NCBI GenBank assembly: GCA_034780895.1
Contig: JAUZTB010000070.1
Span: forward strand, 13,178,435-13,242,434
DNA length: 64,000 bases
Origin: Rhynchobatus australiae
Taxonomy: Eukaryota
Reading direction: 5' to 3'
Positions 25,986 through 39,149 of the stretch are shown here, one piece after another. The notes beneath the pieces were generated by a model, which ran no database searches, had not been told where the DNA came from, and worked only from the letters and a program-made list of their open reading frames with translations. Every line of letters starts with the position of its first letter. The stretch's first letter is position 1. Made by a program: the position numbers and the translations under genes.

Positions 25986-26419
25986 TTAGGCCTATGAAGA
26001 TTCAGTCTTCAGTGAGGACTGGCATATACAGAACCAATGGAGGCCTGTATATTACACACAGAACAGTAATGGATTGGAAATCATTATTTAGAATGCAACA
26101 GCATTTTAAGACAATTTGGATAACATAGATACATGAATAATTCTATATAATGGAGGTAATTGTGCATATTAATCTATCATTAAAATATGCTGGTAATTCA
26201 GTAGTAATCTTAGAAAAAGTCTACCTGCATAGTTGTTCTGTAAAATTGCATAGTCCCCAACTCAAATTTCCAATCAGTTTTCTTTCCCCAAAATATACCG
26301 ATTGTGAGCTTGAAATTCTACAGGGTTCATAAAATGCTTACTGCAAGCCAACCTGGTGTATATGATATAGAAAGCTATATTTTATGTTCCAGGGTGCTTT
26401 TATTTTCAATTAAATATTG

Positions 26420-29400
26420 AGTCATTTGAGCAAAAAACTGCACAAATTCAGGAATGCTGCTTTAAGAGTTGTCATTGGCTGGTGTCCAGCTCCAACACAT
26501 GAACTACCTGTGGCTTTCTGTGTACTTCACTGTGCCTTTCCTGAACAGGTGCCATGGCCTCTCCAGCTCTGCTGGACAATGACTAAACACAATGGATAGG
26601 CACAGAAAAACACAAGCACTCAGGCAATGGTGAGACAGAACATCCACCATTTATAGCTCTGTCACAACCAGTGGAACTGCTGATACATTACAAGTGCCAC
26701 ATGAAGATGCTCTGCTTGATGATTTGTCAGTTCAACAATCAAAGTGTCTCCAGCTGCAGCAGCTTGAGCTCCACGTTTCAGAGCTGGAATGATGCCTGGA
26801 GTCACCGGGGTGCATCTCATCAACCAACCCAGTGATCTGTTAGGGGACAGAGTGCTGCACTGAAGTGACATTCTCAAAACACTGGTTGACAATGGTGCCT
26901 AAAGCCATGATGGCACCAGTCTGAGTTTCTACTGCAGCACAGATGCATATGATTTCTGCATCTGCTACAATGGAAGCTGAGGCCCTGGTCTTGATAATTG
27001 AACCTGTAGGTATTAAAATAGAGTTGGCCACACATCCATACCAGAATGGGCGGGCTCCAAGCTCTGTGTGTCCCACAATGTTTACCTGTAGGCTGTCTTC
27101 ACCTTAGTCCTATAAAGCAACGTTGCTGTCTGAGAAGCTAACACCCAATGTAGAGTCAGGGTGAAGGGAGAATGCCAAGTTAGAGGTGCATGTCAAACCA
27201 CCTACAGCTTGTAAATTAGAAGAAGATGTGTGATGAGAGGGAAGTGGGACAGGAGAAGGAGGACATGCACCTTTATCTTCAATGGGTGTTTCACACTATA
27301 ATCTTTTTCCTCAATGGATTCTGCACATTCTCTCCCTCACCGGGGCCTCCAGCCCAGCCTCAGAAAATCAAGGTTCCCATTCTCTTGTAAGCTGTGCCAG
27401 GTCTAAATGTGTTCCAGATTAACTGCCAGCTCCTGCTGCAGCCACAATGCACCTCCCATTTACAAGATACAGTATGGACGTAAGTGGTGCTGGCCTTTCT
27501 CAAAACTGGGTTCAAAGCATAGTTTGTGCTGGCTGCACCAGCAACATGTAAATGTGCAGGCAGCTGAGAGTTGGAATGTTGCTAGCACTGGAAGCTTGGT
27601 GACTGGGTGATGAGTTGTGTTGGGGTACAATGGGCATTGTACATTGCAAATTCCTTTTCTTGTTTTCATGAGCTATCCAAATTCACCTACTGTGTAGTTT
27701 GAATAGTGCTGTTAATCAGATTAAGTGCAATGCAGAAATCAAATGCAGGAAAGCATGCTAAAGATCTGGACACAGACACACATACAAGCTCACGCATCAA
27801 CTCTGAGTTGCACATGTACTTCATTAAAGCCACCACCTTGGAGGTACTTAGATTATTTTCTTGCATAACAAAATCTCCAANNNNNNNNNNNNNNNNNNNN
27901 NNNNNNNNNNNNNNNNNNNNNNNNNNNNNNNNNNNNNNNNNNNNNNNNNNNNNNNNNNNNNNNNNNNNNNNNNNNNNNNNCATAACAAAATCTCCAAAAT
28001 TTATGTTGTCAAGCTTTGATGACAGACAACAATTATTGGATTTGGCCATGCATTATTAGACTTGACAGTTACATGGAAAAAGGTAACAACAACAAAATCA
28101 CAGAACATTCATTGTTGTATGGAACCATACAGGAGTAATCCTATTCCATGGCCCTCTCTTCATAGCCCTGTAAACTTCCATTTCAAATACTTATCTTCCT
28201 CCCTTTTAACCCTTACAATTGATTCTGCCTCCACTATGAGCCCTAACAGTGCATTCCAGACACTAATCACTTACTATATAACAATGTTTTTCTTCATGAG
28301 CCTTTCACACAATCTCACCCTCATGTATACACATCGCAGAATAGAATCGTGTATGTGGAAAGTTAGCATACAACTATCTGTGCTCTTATCTTTTACACAT
28401 TGTCTCCTACTGTTGCTGAAAAGCCAGTGTGGATTTCCAATGACAGATTTTACTTCAGATCTACAAAATTAAAGCTTATAGTTTTAAAAGATTGTTTGTT
28501 TCTGTGAACGTGACACAGAAATATCCACTTCATTTACATCTCTCCCTGTTGTGAGTGAAAGCACCTCAGGCCTCTAATTAATAATTCATTCATTCATGGA
28601 GCTGTCTGCCGCTCCTGTGACATTTTACAGCAGATGCTCAAATTTTAAAACCTCTTGTCATTCAGNNNNNNNNNNNNNNNNNNNNNNNNNNNNNNNNNNN
28701 NNNNNNNNNNNNNNNNNNNNNNNNNNNNNNNNNNNNNNNNNNNNNNNNNNNNNNNNNNNNNNNNNNNNNNNNNNNNNNNNNNNNNNNNNNNNNNNNNNNN
28801 NNNNNNNNNNNNNNNNNNNNNNNNNNNNNNNNNNNNNNNNNNNNNNNNNNNNNNNNNNNNNNNNNNNNNNNNNNNNNNNNAATGTAGATCAATTTTCAGT
28901 TGATTCCCTTTGGTCTCATTTAGTTGCAGAGGTGACCATCTCTTGAACAAATGTGAAGTTGAATCATACGATATCACAAAGAGCTGAAATATGATTCTCT
29001 GTGTGTATGAGTTGATCTATTCTTCAACCACATTGATGAAGTTCTCACCAGTAATTCACCTTCCAGGTTCTGACATGTTCACAGGCTTCTCTTTTCTCTC
29101 ACCTCCAAAATTAAAACAGTAACAAATACAGGTGAAATAAAGAACATTACAACAGAAAAAACAGCTAACAGTTATAAAATTGTAATCAAGTTTCTAACAT
29201 GTTGGCATCTATCATCAATTTTGCCTCAGTCTGGAGCTCCCTGAGGGAGTGTAGGTTACTGCAAAACATAGTAAATATAAAGATACTTATGAGAGACAAA
29301 GTGTGGAACTAGAAAGGGAATCAACATTAAAGAAAAGAAAAACAGATCTAAAAATTAAGAGACCCCAACCAAAAGATTTATTCTTATGGGAGAGGGAGGG

Positions 29401-29455
29401 CAGTTTGAAGCAGGCAAGGAACAAAAAGCAAGCAAGAGAAGTACAATAATAGTTG
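26420..29455 (+). repeat. Segmental duplication, copy B (includes partial Harbinger 26420-27690)
   Basis: Collinear with copy A but lacks ~18220-18440 and ~19707-19900 of A. Contains two N gaps. Confidence 0.88.
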
Positions 29456-29849
29456 AAGAGTACAACCATGCGGTTACATGGGGAGACAAACTCTTACGAC
29501 ATCTCTCATAAAAACATTTCTGAAGCATTCTTATGATTTTCCCAGATCATGTACCAATTTCAAAGATTTATGATGTCGTCACTGAAAGAAGTAAATATCA
29601 CTACATTCTTTGACGCATCAAAACAAGCAATTCATTCATGTAAATAATTTGAAAAGTAAAATTCAGTTAACAACACAGTTTTCAAAATGCTAACTGTTGA
29701 ATTGAGGAATATCTTCCAGGCCTTTAGAACCAATGCTCAGTCGTGAGACAACTATTTTCTAATTTATACTATTGAGTTCGAATGAGAATTGGACTGTAAG
29801 GTTGTCCTGTTTTCATGAAATTAAACTCGGACAGGCAGTGAAATTAATA

Positions 29850-30450
29850 GTGACAACCTAGAAACTCCATAATGAGCTGAACAAAATATCCAAATGGGCC
29901 AAAACAGCACATTAAATTTAATAGCCATGTATAATCTATTGCATGCGTGAGAATAAAGGATGGGAAGGGTGTTGAAATAGCTATGGGTAAATTTGATGGA
30001 GATACAGTACTCTTAGCAGATTCTACATTTAACCTTCTCAAATAATAGAGCATCAATCAACCTCGACTACAGCTCAAAAGGACCAACTAGTGAGATGTAT
30101 CTCAGAAGAAAGTGATAAAAGTAGGCATTGCACAGGAAAACTAGAGGTTCAGCAATGTGTTTAATTTCATCAGTGAGGAGCAGGAGAAACATTTTAAGAA
30201 AGGAGATGGTGCAGAAATGAGCAACAAGGATGATTCAAATGATCAAGTGGGCTGAATTTATGAGAGGAAGGTGGAGAATTAAACAGACTTTTCAGCCAGG
30301 AAACAAGGCCCTTGAAAGATGATCTTACAGGGATGCATGGGATAGTAAAATCTTTTATAGTGTTTAATGTGGAGAACCACATTAAAATAAACATGGGAAT
30401 AAAATGAGAGGCACAGATTTAAATTAATAATAGGACATAGGGATTTTTCT
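29850..30450 (+). mobile_element. Highly diverged CR1-type fragment
   Basis: Weak remnants of the CR1 post-RT region. Confidence 0.45.
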
Positions 30451-31169
30451 TTGGAACAGATTTTTAAGTAGAGTGATGAAGCCAAAAATCTTGGATTTTT
30501 ATTCTCATCGCAAGATTCCCCAGAGGCTAAGATATTATTGATGGCAACTTCTCCTCTAGGCTCCTGCACTTAAGGAGCTGCAAAAGCCTCAACTGCACCA
30601 GTGTGCACATGACTATCAATTACTTTCTAGGAGCAAATAGTGCTCCTGTTATGTTTTCTTGAGAAGTGCTAGGAAGACACATTCAAGAAATCAACAAAAG
30701 TCATCATTTGATCTTTGGACATAGTCTTGGCAATCTCTGATTTGCATGGCAACTTACGAAGAGATCCTTCTCAAGACCAGAAGATCATTAATAATGTAAC
30801 GAGACTGATTCTTCTCATATCTCAGATCAATGCAGATAAGCCACAGAAGTACCTATCCATGTGATGAAACCAGGCAGTATACTGGAAGACTACAGGCTTA
30901 CATTGTGTTTAATTTCATAAGAAAAAAATGATGGGTCAAGAATGAGCCTTACAGTTAGAATCAACTATATGGCTCATTCTTCAACTATCTTTTTCAAATG
31001 GGCTGATTTATAAAAGGAAAGTGGAGAGTTATGAAGGCTTGATAGCTAGAGAACAAAGCCTGGCTCAGAGGCAGCAATGTTGATGTCCCTGACCTCCAAG
31101 AAATTCCACACAAAAGACCAACAAGCGTACAATTAATACAAAATTGACAGAAATAACCTCATAGCCTGA

Positions 31170-33945
31170 ATCCTTGTCCTGGATACCAAGCACTGATTTA
31201 CCAAAGATGTTGAGAAACCAGCAAGTAAATAGGCTATTTTACATCTAATATTGTATTTCAAAAAGAATTGAGGATCTCATAATTAAGGGACCTTTATAGA
31301 AAAGTAACCACAGTATGATTAAATTTCATGTATAAACTGAAAGTGAATTAGTTCAATCTGAAACCAGGATATTAAATCAGAATAAAGCAAATAGCAAAGG
31401 CTTGAGGTGTGAGTTTTACTACGGTGGATTGTGAAACTACATTAAAAGAAATGACTAATGCTTAAAGTTGGAGTATAATTTAAAAGTCAGGGCACAAAAA
31501 CCCAACAGGATAAGTGGTCCAAAGAAACAGGCTTATAATGTTGCCAAAAGATGTGTAAGTCTGAAGATTGGGAAACTTTCAGTATTCAGAGCAGGCCAAG
31601 GCATTGATAAGGAAAGGGAAAGTAAAATACAAGAACAGTCTTCTTAGAAAATTAAAAACAGACTTTAAAAGCTTTATAGACATGTAGAAAGGAAAAGATT
31701 GACTAAAGTTAAGGTAGCTTCCTTCAAAAATGAAATTATATTGGGGAATAAGGAAATAGCAAAGAAATTAAACAAATATTTTGTGGATGTCTTCATAGGA
31801 GAAAACACAGAAAACTTCCTGAAAATAATGGAGAACCATAGGTCCAGCATGAATCAGAATCAGGTTTATTACCACTGGCTTAAATTTCGGGAAAACTGTT
31901 GTTTTGCAGCGGCAGTACAGTGCAAAGACATAAAATTACTATAAATTACAAAATATATAAATAGTCCAAAAAAACTCAGTAGCATTCATGGGTTCATGGA
32001 CCTTTCAGAAATCTGATAGCAGAAAGGAAGAAGCTGTTCCTAAATTGTCGAATGTGGGTCTTCAGGCTCCTGTACCTCCTCCCTCATGGCAGTAATGAGA
32101 AGTGGGCATGTCCTAGATGGTGTGGGTCTTTTAGTGATGGAAGCCACCTTCTTGATGCACTGCCTCTTGAAGATGTCCTCGATGGTGGGGAGAGTCGTGC
32201 CTGTGATGGAGCTGGCTGAGTCTACAACCCTCTGCATTCTCTTCTGATCCTGGGCATTGGAGCCTCCATACCAGACTGTGATAGAATCAGTCAGAATGCT
32301 CTCCACCATATATCTATAGAAATTTGCAAGAGTCTGTGTTGACATACCAAATCTCCTCAAATGCTTAACAAAGTAGAGCAGCTGGCATGCCTTCTTCATG
32401 ACTGTATCAATATGTTGGGCACAGGATAGGTCCTCCGAGATGTTGACACCCAGGAACTTGAAGCTGCTCACCCTTTCCACTGCTGACCCCTCAATGAGGA
32501 CTGGTGTGTGTTCNNNNNNNNNNNNNNNNNNNNNNNNNNNNNNNNNNNNNNNNNNNNNNNNNNNNNNNNNNNNNNNNNNNNNNNNNNNNNNNNNNNNNNN
32601 NNNNNNNNNNNNNNNNNNNNNNNNNNNNNNNNNNNNNNNNNNNNNNNNNNNNNNNNNNNNNNNNNNNNNNNNNNNNNNNNNNNNNNNNNNNNNNNNNNNN
32701 NNNNNNNNNNNNNNNNNNNNNNNNNNNNNNNNNNNNNNNNNNNNNNNNNNNNNNNNNNNNNNNNNNNNNNNNNNNNNNNNNNNNNNNNNNNNNNNNNNNN
32801 NNNNNNNNNNNNNNNNNNNNNNNNNNNNNNNNNNNNNNNNNNNNNNNNNNNNNNNNNNNNNNNNNNNNNNNNNNNNNNNNNNNNNNNNNNNNNNNNNNNN
32901 NNNNNNNNNNNNNNNNNNNNNNNNNNNNNNNNNNNNNNNNNNNNNNNNNNNNNNNNNNNNNNNNNNNNNNNNNNNNNNNNNNNNNNNNNNNNNNNNNNNN
33001 NNNNNNNNNNNNNNNNNNNNNNNNNNNNNNNNNNNNNNNNNNNNNNNNNNNNNNNNNNNNNNNNNNNNNNNNNNNNNNNNNNNNNNNNNNNNNNNNNNNN
33101 NNNNNNNNNNNNNNNNNNNNNNNNNNNNNNNNNNNNNNNNNNNNNNNNNNNNNNNNNNNNNNNNNNNNNNNNNNNNNNNNNNNNNNNNNNNNNNNNNNNN
33201 NNNNNNNNNNNNNNNNNNNNNNNNNNNNNNNNNNNNNNNNNNNNNNNNNNNNGTGGGCTGTAAAAAAGGATGCAAGCTATGATGGACATGGATCATGTGG
33301 AGAAATGTGAAAATAGAAAGGTGGAATATCTTTTAAGTATTGGGAGATTGAAAAATATTGATCTTCAGATGGACCTGAATGTCCTTGTACATGAATCACT
33401 GAAAGCTACATTCAGGTACAGAAAGCAATTGGAAGATCAAATGGGATGTTGAATGACCCATATTATTGCAGAGTCCCAGTGAGACATCATCTGGAATATT
33501 ATCTGCAGGTCTCATCACTCTTTCTAATGACGTACTTGCAATAGAGAAAGTTTAATGAAGCTTAATGGCAGGTTTGACCATAGGAGGAGAGGTTGAGCAG
33601 ACTGGGCCCAAACAGGATAAATACAGAGATGATGTTTCCTTTGGCTGGAGTGTCTGGAGCCGAGGGTCGCAGTCTCAGAACAGAGAAGAAGAAGTTACTT
33701 CACTTAGAGGGTAGGGAATCTTTGGAATTCTCTACCCAAGGGGGTGTGGAGGTTGCTGAATTGCTGAGTATTATCAGAAGAGAGATTGATATATTTTTAG
33801 ATATTAAACAAATCAAGCAACATGGCTTTAGTGCAGGGAAGTGGTGCTGAAGTGGAAGATCAGCCTTGATATTGAATGATAGAGCCAGCATAAGGGACGC
33901 AATGGTCTGCTCCAGCTCCTATTTCTTATATTTTTATGTTCTTAG
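31170..33945 (+). mobile_element. CR1-type LINE, decayed, interrupted by Rex1/Babar and a gap
   Basis: EN C-terminus (AILxLIL...NHSMIKF), linker GNKEIAKKLNKYFVDVF, and a 3' part 33253-33945 ending in cctatttcttat...tatgttctta. Confidence 0.8.
31850..32513 (-). mobile_element. Rex1/Babar LINE 3' end
   Basis: Long open frame VERVSSFKFLGVNISEDLS...NFYRYMVESILTDSITVWYG (DUF1891-type C-terminus); tail aataaacctgattctgattc. Confidence 0.9.
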
Positions 33946-34489
33946 GAAGTTATGATAATGCTAGAGTAGACATTGTAGCAGTTAAAGTGAGGACAGTTAC
34001 CAGTGCAAATATCTACAAATCACGGGACAATTCATGACTAGGACCAATGCTCCCAACTCTTCTCAACCCGTCTAGGTAGGGGACCTTTATAGTCACCACT
34101 ATGTCTTGGGCTACAGCTCTTACAGTATGGCCAATGAGCAACTGTAGGTGTTGGTCATCAGTTGCAAATATGTACCTCCTCTCTAATCCCAAATAACGAA
34201 GACCTAATAGGTCTGCCAGGTAGGTAAACAGACCCACGTTTCCTCACTCACATCCAAGAGAGAGAAATCCATTTCCAGGAAACAGCTCATTGGGAACCCA
34301 TTTCCCCTGCAGCCAACACTCTCCTGGCCTTTATAACCTGGATGTTGCAATGCCAGTCATTTGCCCTGCACCATTTCCTCACTGGAACTGAAGGGAGCAG
34401 ATTGGTCACCAACATCAAATACTGAGCTTACTGTGTTGAAACAATGCTAGCAAATTTCACAACCTTTATTAGAATTTTACACTCAAGAG

Positions 34490-35150
34490 GGTGAAAGGGC
34501 ATAGTTTCCCAGAAATGGCAACACAAGTAGGCTTGCCTTCACTGGCCGAGGCATTGAGCGTGAGAGTTGGGAAGTCATGTTACAATTGTACAAAATGTTG
34601 GTTAGGCTGCACTTGGAGTATTGTCTGCAGTTCTGGTCACCACACTATAGGAGCAATGTGATTAAGCTAGAGAGGGTACAGAAACAATTCACTAGTATAT
34701 TGCCTGTATTGGGGGGGCTATAAGCAGAGATTCAACAAGATGGGTCTGTTTTCCCTGGAGTAAAGGAGGCTGAGAGGTGACATGATAGAGGTATATAAAA
34801 TGGTAAGAGGCATTTTATATACCTCTATCATGTAGTCAGTGTCCATTTGCCCGGTAGGGATGTCTTAAACAAAGGCCGTAGGTTTAATGTGAGAGGGAGC
34901 AGGTTTAAGTAGGATCTGAGGGGTAATTTTTTTCATTCAAAAAGCTGTTGGTATCTAGAATAAACTGCCAGAGGAGGTGGTGGAGGCAGGAAGAGTAACA
35001 GCATTTAAGAGGCAGGTACTTGAATTAACAAGACGTTGAGGGATATGGAATTAAGGCAAACAAGTGGGATTAGTATAGATAGACATAGGTCATCATAGAT
35101 GTGGTGTGCCACAGGATGTGTTTCTATTCTGTACAATTGTATGACTCTAT
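34490..35150 (+). mobile_element. CR1/HER1-type LINE 3' end
   Basis: LYKMLVRLHLEYCLQFWSPHY...LERVQKQFT, followed by a tail ending tatgactctatg. Confidence 0.85.
34780..34833. repeat. Perfect 23-bp inverted repeat with 8-nt loop
   Basis: ACATGATAGAGGTATATAAAATG-gtaagagg-CATTTTATATACCTCTATCATGT. Confidence 0.95.
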
Positions 35151-37069
35151 GCTCTCCATATATGGTGGAGGAAATGGACGTTGAAAGCCATGGCAATAAA
35201 TAAAAGTTCAATTTGATTAGACAAAATTTATCCCAAATTTTTGAAGAACCTTTAGAATGAGAGAACATGCCAGGCATGCCAAACTTTTCATGGCTTTCCA
35301 CCGAAGTAGAAGTGTGCCAAAGGAATGGAGTGCCAGGGTTATCGCTAAAAGCAAGAAAACAACCAGACAAATCCATTAGCTACTGACTAACCCTGATATT
35401 ATCCACTTCACTGAACTAATGAAGGACTTCTCCAACAAACTTCTCTCCCATAATTGGAAAAGCCCTCTACGACATGCCTAATTGTAACCTGTGATCCAAG
35501 ACCTGTCCCTTGAATTTCATTGAATAAGGTTTCTAGTACAAGAGGAAGACTGATAATAATTTCATTGAATCTTCTTCCACCAATGATACAGTGACAGGGA
35601 TTGATAAACAAGTTTCAAGTCTTGTCCAATGCCCAAAAATACTATGCCTCATCTCAGCAATAATTTCTGACTGCAAGTTCTGTGTCCATCTTGAAGGACA
35701 GGCACGCAGCAGCCCCATGATTAACAACACATTTCCATAGTTAGGCCCATCATTCTTCAACTTTCCAACACAGTATCAGCTACATTCACACAAGCTGGCA
35801 ACATAAAGTTAATTATACAGACACCCTCTATTGCCTTAGCCAGCACTACACAAAACAAAGAACTCAAGAAATTATATCAGTACCTCGATCAGTGGAAAGT
35901 ATGTCCATGTCCATTCAAAACCTTAGCAATAGCATCCACTTTAAAGATAAAGTGCCACTCTGAAGCTGGACGTTAAATTTTTTGGGCAGAGGACAGAATA
36001 TGTGAATTCCACCAAGTATTGTTGAATTCTTCCCTCATCTTCACTCACCACCCAATAAAAACCAGAGAAAAGCAGAAGACAGAGGCAAGCCTTCTGCAGA
36101 AGCTAATGTGACCTCCAAAACAGCTACTTTGGTGGTGTACTGTACTGCATATCATTGTGCTCCTGGCTGAATGCTAAATATGTAACTAAACACAGCCACA
36201 GGCGCCATGACTGGAGCAGTGAAGTCAGTGGCTGCTGATTGGATCCCAGTAGTGGCAAACACCACTTATTCAATTTGGAAGGGAAACTTTACCAATCTCA
36301 TCTTTGCAAACCCACCATACTCAATCTAACATGGTCCCTTATATTAGAAGGGAGGCCTTCATTGCATATTTTGCTGATCATTTCTTTGCAAACCTATCAT
36401 ACCCAATCCAATGGAGGAGAGAAGCACACTAAGATCACATCACAATTGAGGGGACTCCAGTGATAAACCTCATTTACTTTCAAAAAACATAAGTGTTCTC
36501 AACTACAGCAATATTCCAAACAAAGTCCTCATCACAGACCCTCTGGAAATAGTATCTGAACCAGCTTTTCCACATGGACAGTGGAGTCAGAGGAGGAAGA
36601 TATGGCCATCTTTTTCACCAAAGGAAACTCAAATCAAATGCTGGTTGTGACTGCAATAACAGAAGCACACCATTAAAGTGAGCTCACCACTCCCAGTTCT
36701 TTGCCAGGGTACTTACATTGGGCACCATTAACTACCTCCATAACCTGGACATCAATAAATAGGTTGCTGTCAGTGTCATACAAAAATAAATTACTACCTA
36801 AATAGAATGCAAGTAAATATCTACTTTTCAGGTCACTTTTGTTTCCATAAAAAGAAGATTGCAATGTTACCCTGTACAGCTTGCCTCATAAAGCAATAGA
36901 GACAACCGGTAATACCTGATGACAAAAACTACCCCAGCAACCATCAGATTTATTTCTTAAAACCCGTCATCCATTGAGATGGATCTGAGCTCTTATTTAA
37001 AATCCCACTATATAGTTAATATTTCTTAATTAAAGGTATATTGATCTTGGTTATAGTTAATTTAGTAGC

Positions 37070-37530
37070 ATTAGAGGCAATCCAGAAAAGATTCATCAGC
37101 CTAATTTCTGGAATGAGAGGACCATCCTATCAAGAGAGGTTGGGACAGTATTCTTTGGGTGATTTTATTGAAACATATAAGATCCTAAGGAACATGACAG
37201 GTTAGATGTTAAAATGTTTTTACAAATAGGAGAATCTCAAGTGAAGGGACATAGTTTCAAGATAAGGGCCTTGTCATTTAAAACTGAGATACATGGAAAT
37301 TTCTTCTTGCAAAGAATCATGATTCTCTGGAATTCTCTGCCCCAAAGAGTTGGGGAGCTAGTTCGTTGGAAGTGTTTAAAGAGAAGTGGATAAATTTTTA
37401 AAAGATCAGGGCATTGAGGGCTATTGGGATCTGGCACAGAGGAGGAGATGGTGCCTGGGGCAGATCCAATGGAATGGCAGTGCAGGCAATGAAGGGCCTG
37501 CTGGCCTACTCCTGCTCCTATTGTCTTTTA
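37070..37530 (+). mobile_element. CR1-type LINE 3' end
   Basis: ALEAIQKRF...LIETYKIL...KGHSFKI...LWNSLP-like remnants; tail cctactcctgctcctatt. Confidence 0.8.
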
Positions 37531-38029
37531 TACAATGAACGATTTGCTTTTCAGTTGAAGGGAAATGTCTAATGTAATGATGTGAAATTCAAAGGAAGGG
37601 TTTTGTTTTAACTCTCCTCCTGTAGCTTTTAAACAAACACTCATGAAAAAGAATTTGCTGTGAATATCAGTCCCGCCAGGGAAGTTCTGCTTGACAGATG
37701 CTCAGTATTACTTAAATGTAAGATTTCCATTACACCCACTTGTTACCACTGAAAATTATTAATTTGAAAGGCTAAAGTACCAAGCACTTATATTCATAAT
37801 TAGAACAATTCTCACAAGAAAATGGTGATAATAAATTGTTTCAATTAGTGTGTATAACAGAAGTTTACAGCAGTTTAATACACTGGAGGAGAATGTTGCT
37901 TCATCATGTCTGTCCTTCCCTTTTGCTGCAAAAATCCAAACTTAAGCTCATAAGCTGATACCAGTGGAAGTTTATGAGAGAAAGATGTTTTGGTTTAGGA
38001 GGGCAATTTGGTAAAATTGACTTGGTGCA

Positions 38030-38490
38030 AAGCTATCAGTTCTATCCCTGAAATAAGTGAATCCCAATATCCCATCCAACACAGGCTGGAAGACACACCA
38101 AGGTCACAGCACAAGGCGGTCAAGAAAATTCCAACAGTATACCACAGTTAATATTGAGGAAAATTAGAGTTCCCAACTGAACAAAGAACAACTTCCCAAA
38201 CAAAGACCTCATCACAAGCCCTAGACTAGACCCTCCATGCAATACTTGGACAACCCAAAACTATCAACTAAACAAATAAGTAGGAGCATGCTGAGAAATT
38301 CTACTTAGCCCGCACGTATTGTAACACTTGCACAGTAATGATGTACTCCTTACCATTTACGTACTCCTTACCATTTATGCTGTCCTATATGCTCTCTCCG
38401 TAGGTGAAGAATTTTCAAGGGGTGGCCATTGAAGAACAACAGCAGCTGGATACAGCCAGGCAAGTTATGACATAGAACATGGATAACCTG
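38030..38490 (+). mobile_element. Second Vingi-like 3' fragment
   Basis: ccaaacaaagacctcatcaca (~38197) matches ccaaacaaagtcctcatcaca (~36516); PCNTWTTQN resembles PRxxWxxLN. Confidence 0.5.
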
Positions 38491-39149
38491 CATATCAGGT
38501 TAATGGTGTAGATTAGGGCTGAAAAGACTCAGTGAAGGTAACTGAACAGCGATTGAGGAGCTGTTTAGCGAGTGAGATAATGTTACAATAGTTGGGAGTT
38601 TTCACTCAGGGATGATTAGATTAGTGCCAGCCACTCTGCAACCACTGTACTCAGGAAAGCAGTATCCTCTTTTTCTGCTTGTTAGGACTGCAGTAATAGG
38701 CCGTCAAAGGATCTGCACTTGGTGTTCTTTTTCTATTTATATAAGCAACATAAGAGGAATGAAATTGCAGATTACTGATGATGTCAAATTATGGAAATAG
38801 CAAACTATGGGGAAGAATGCAGAAGATTGAAGGAGTTAACAAGTGTAATTAAATTCTAAGAACTGCAAAGTAAGTTTTTGAGTAACTCCCTAGATATTTA
38901 ATTCATTTTCTTCCCATTCCTGTCACCCCATGAATGGAATGATGGTGCTCGGAGAAGAGCTGACGCTAGAGATCAAATCTAATAACACCACTGGATGTTA
39001 TTCGTGCCATGACTTACATTCTATCTGATGCACTTAGCCAATGTATCACGGGTCAAATAAACTTTCTAAAACGTTCCAGAATAGGAAACCAATCAACTAC
39101 CAACTAGGAGCTTCACCAGAATGGGTACTGTACAATAATAAGTGTTTGG

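Larger units (their letters stand above)
31020..36590 (+). mobile_element. Vingi/Ingi-like LINE in three pieces (31020-31170, 33945-34490, 35150-36590)
   Basis: Ordered remnants: NVDV..LQE (31075), NIYK (34008), VGDLYSHHYVLGY (34076, cf. GDFNSHHxxWGY), FPCSQH (34302), WKVCPCPFKT (35893), TATLVVYCTAYHCAP (36120, cf. YSxAEYCAPVW), WIPVVAN (36240). Confidence 0.7.

Noticed and set aside
26100-26300. Possible upstream extension of the duplication (similarity to 14560-14700)
   Set aside because: Only short AT-rich matches (aaaata(c)tgctggt); insufficient without an alignment.
32040-33310. Longest ORFs in the track (250-418 aa)
   Set aside because: Inflated by N runs; the real part is a Rex1/Babar C-terminus. 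The ORFs at 4235-4750 and 28596-28977 are similarly gap-inflated.
38343-38377. 18-bp tandem duplication gtactccttaccattta
   Set aside because: Ordinary slippage duplication inside a decayed LINE.
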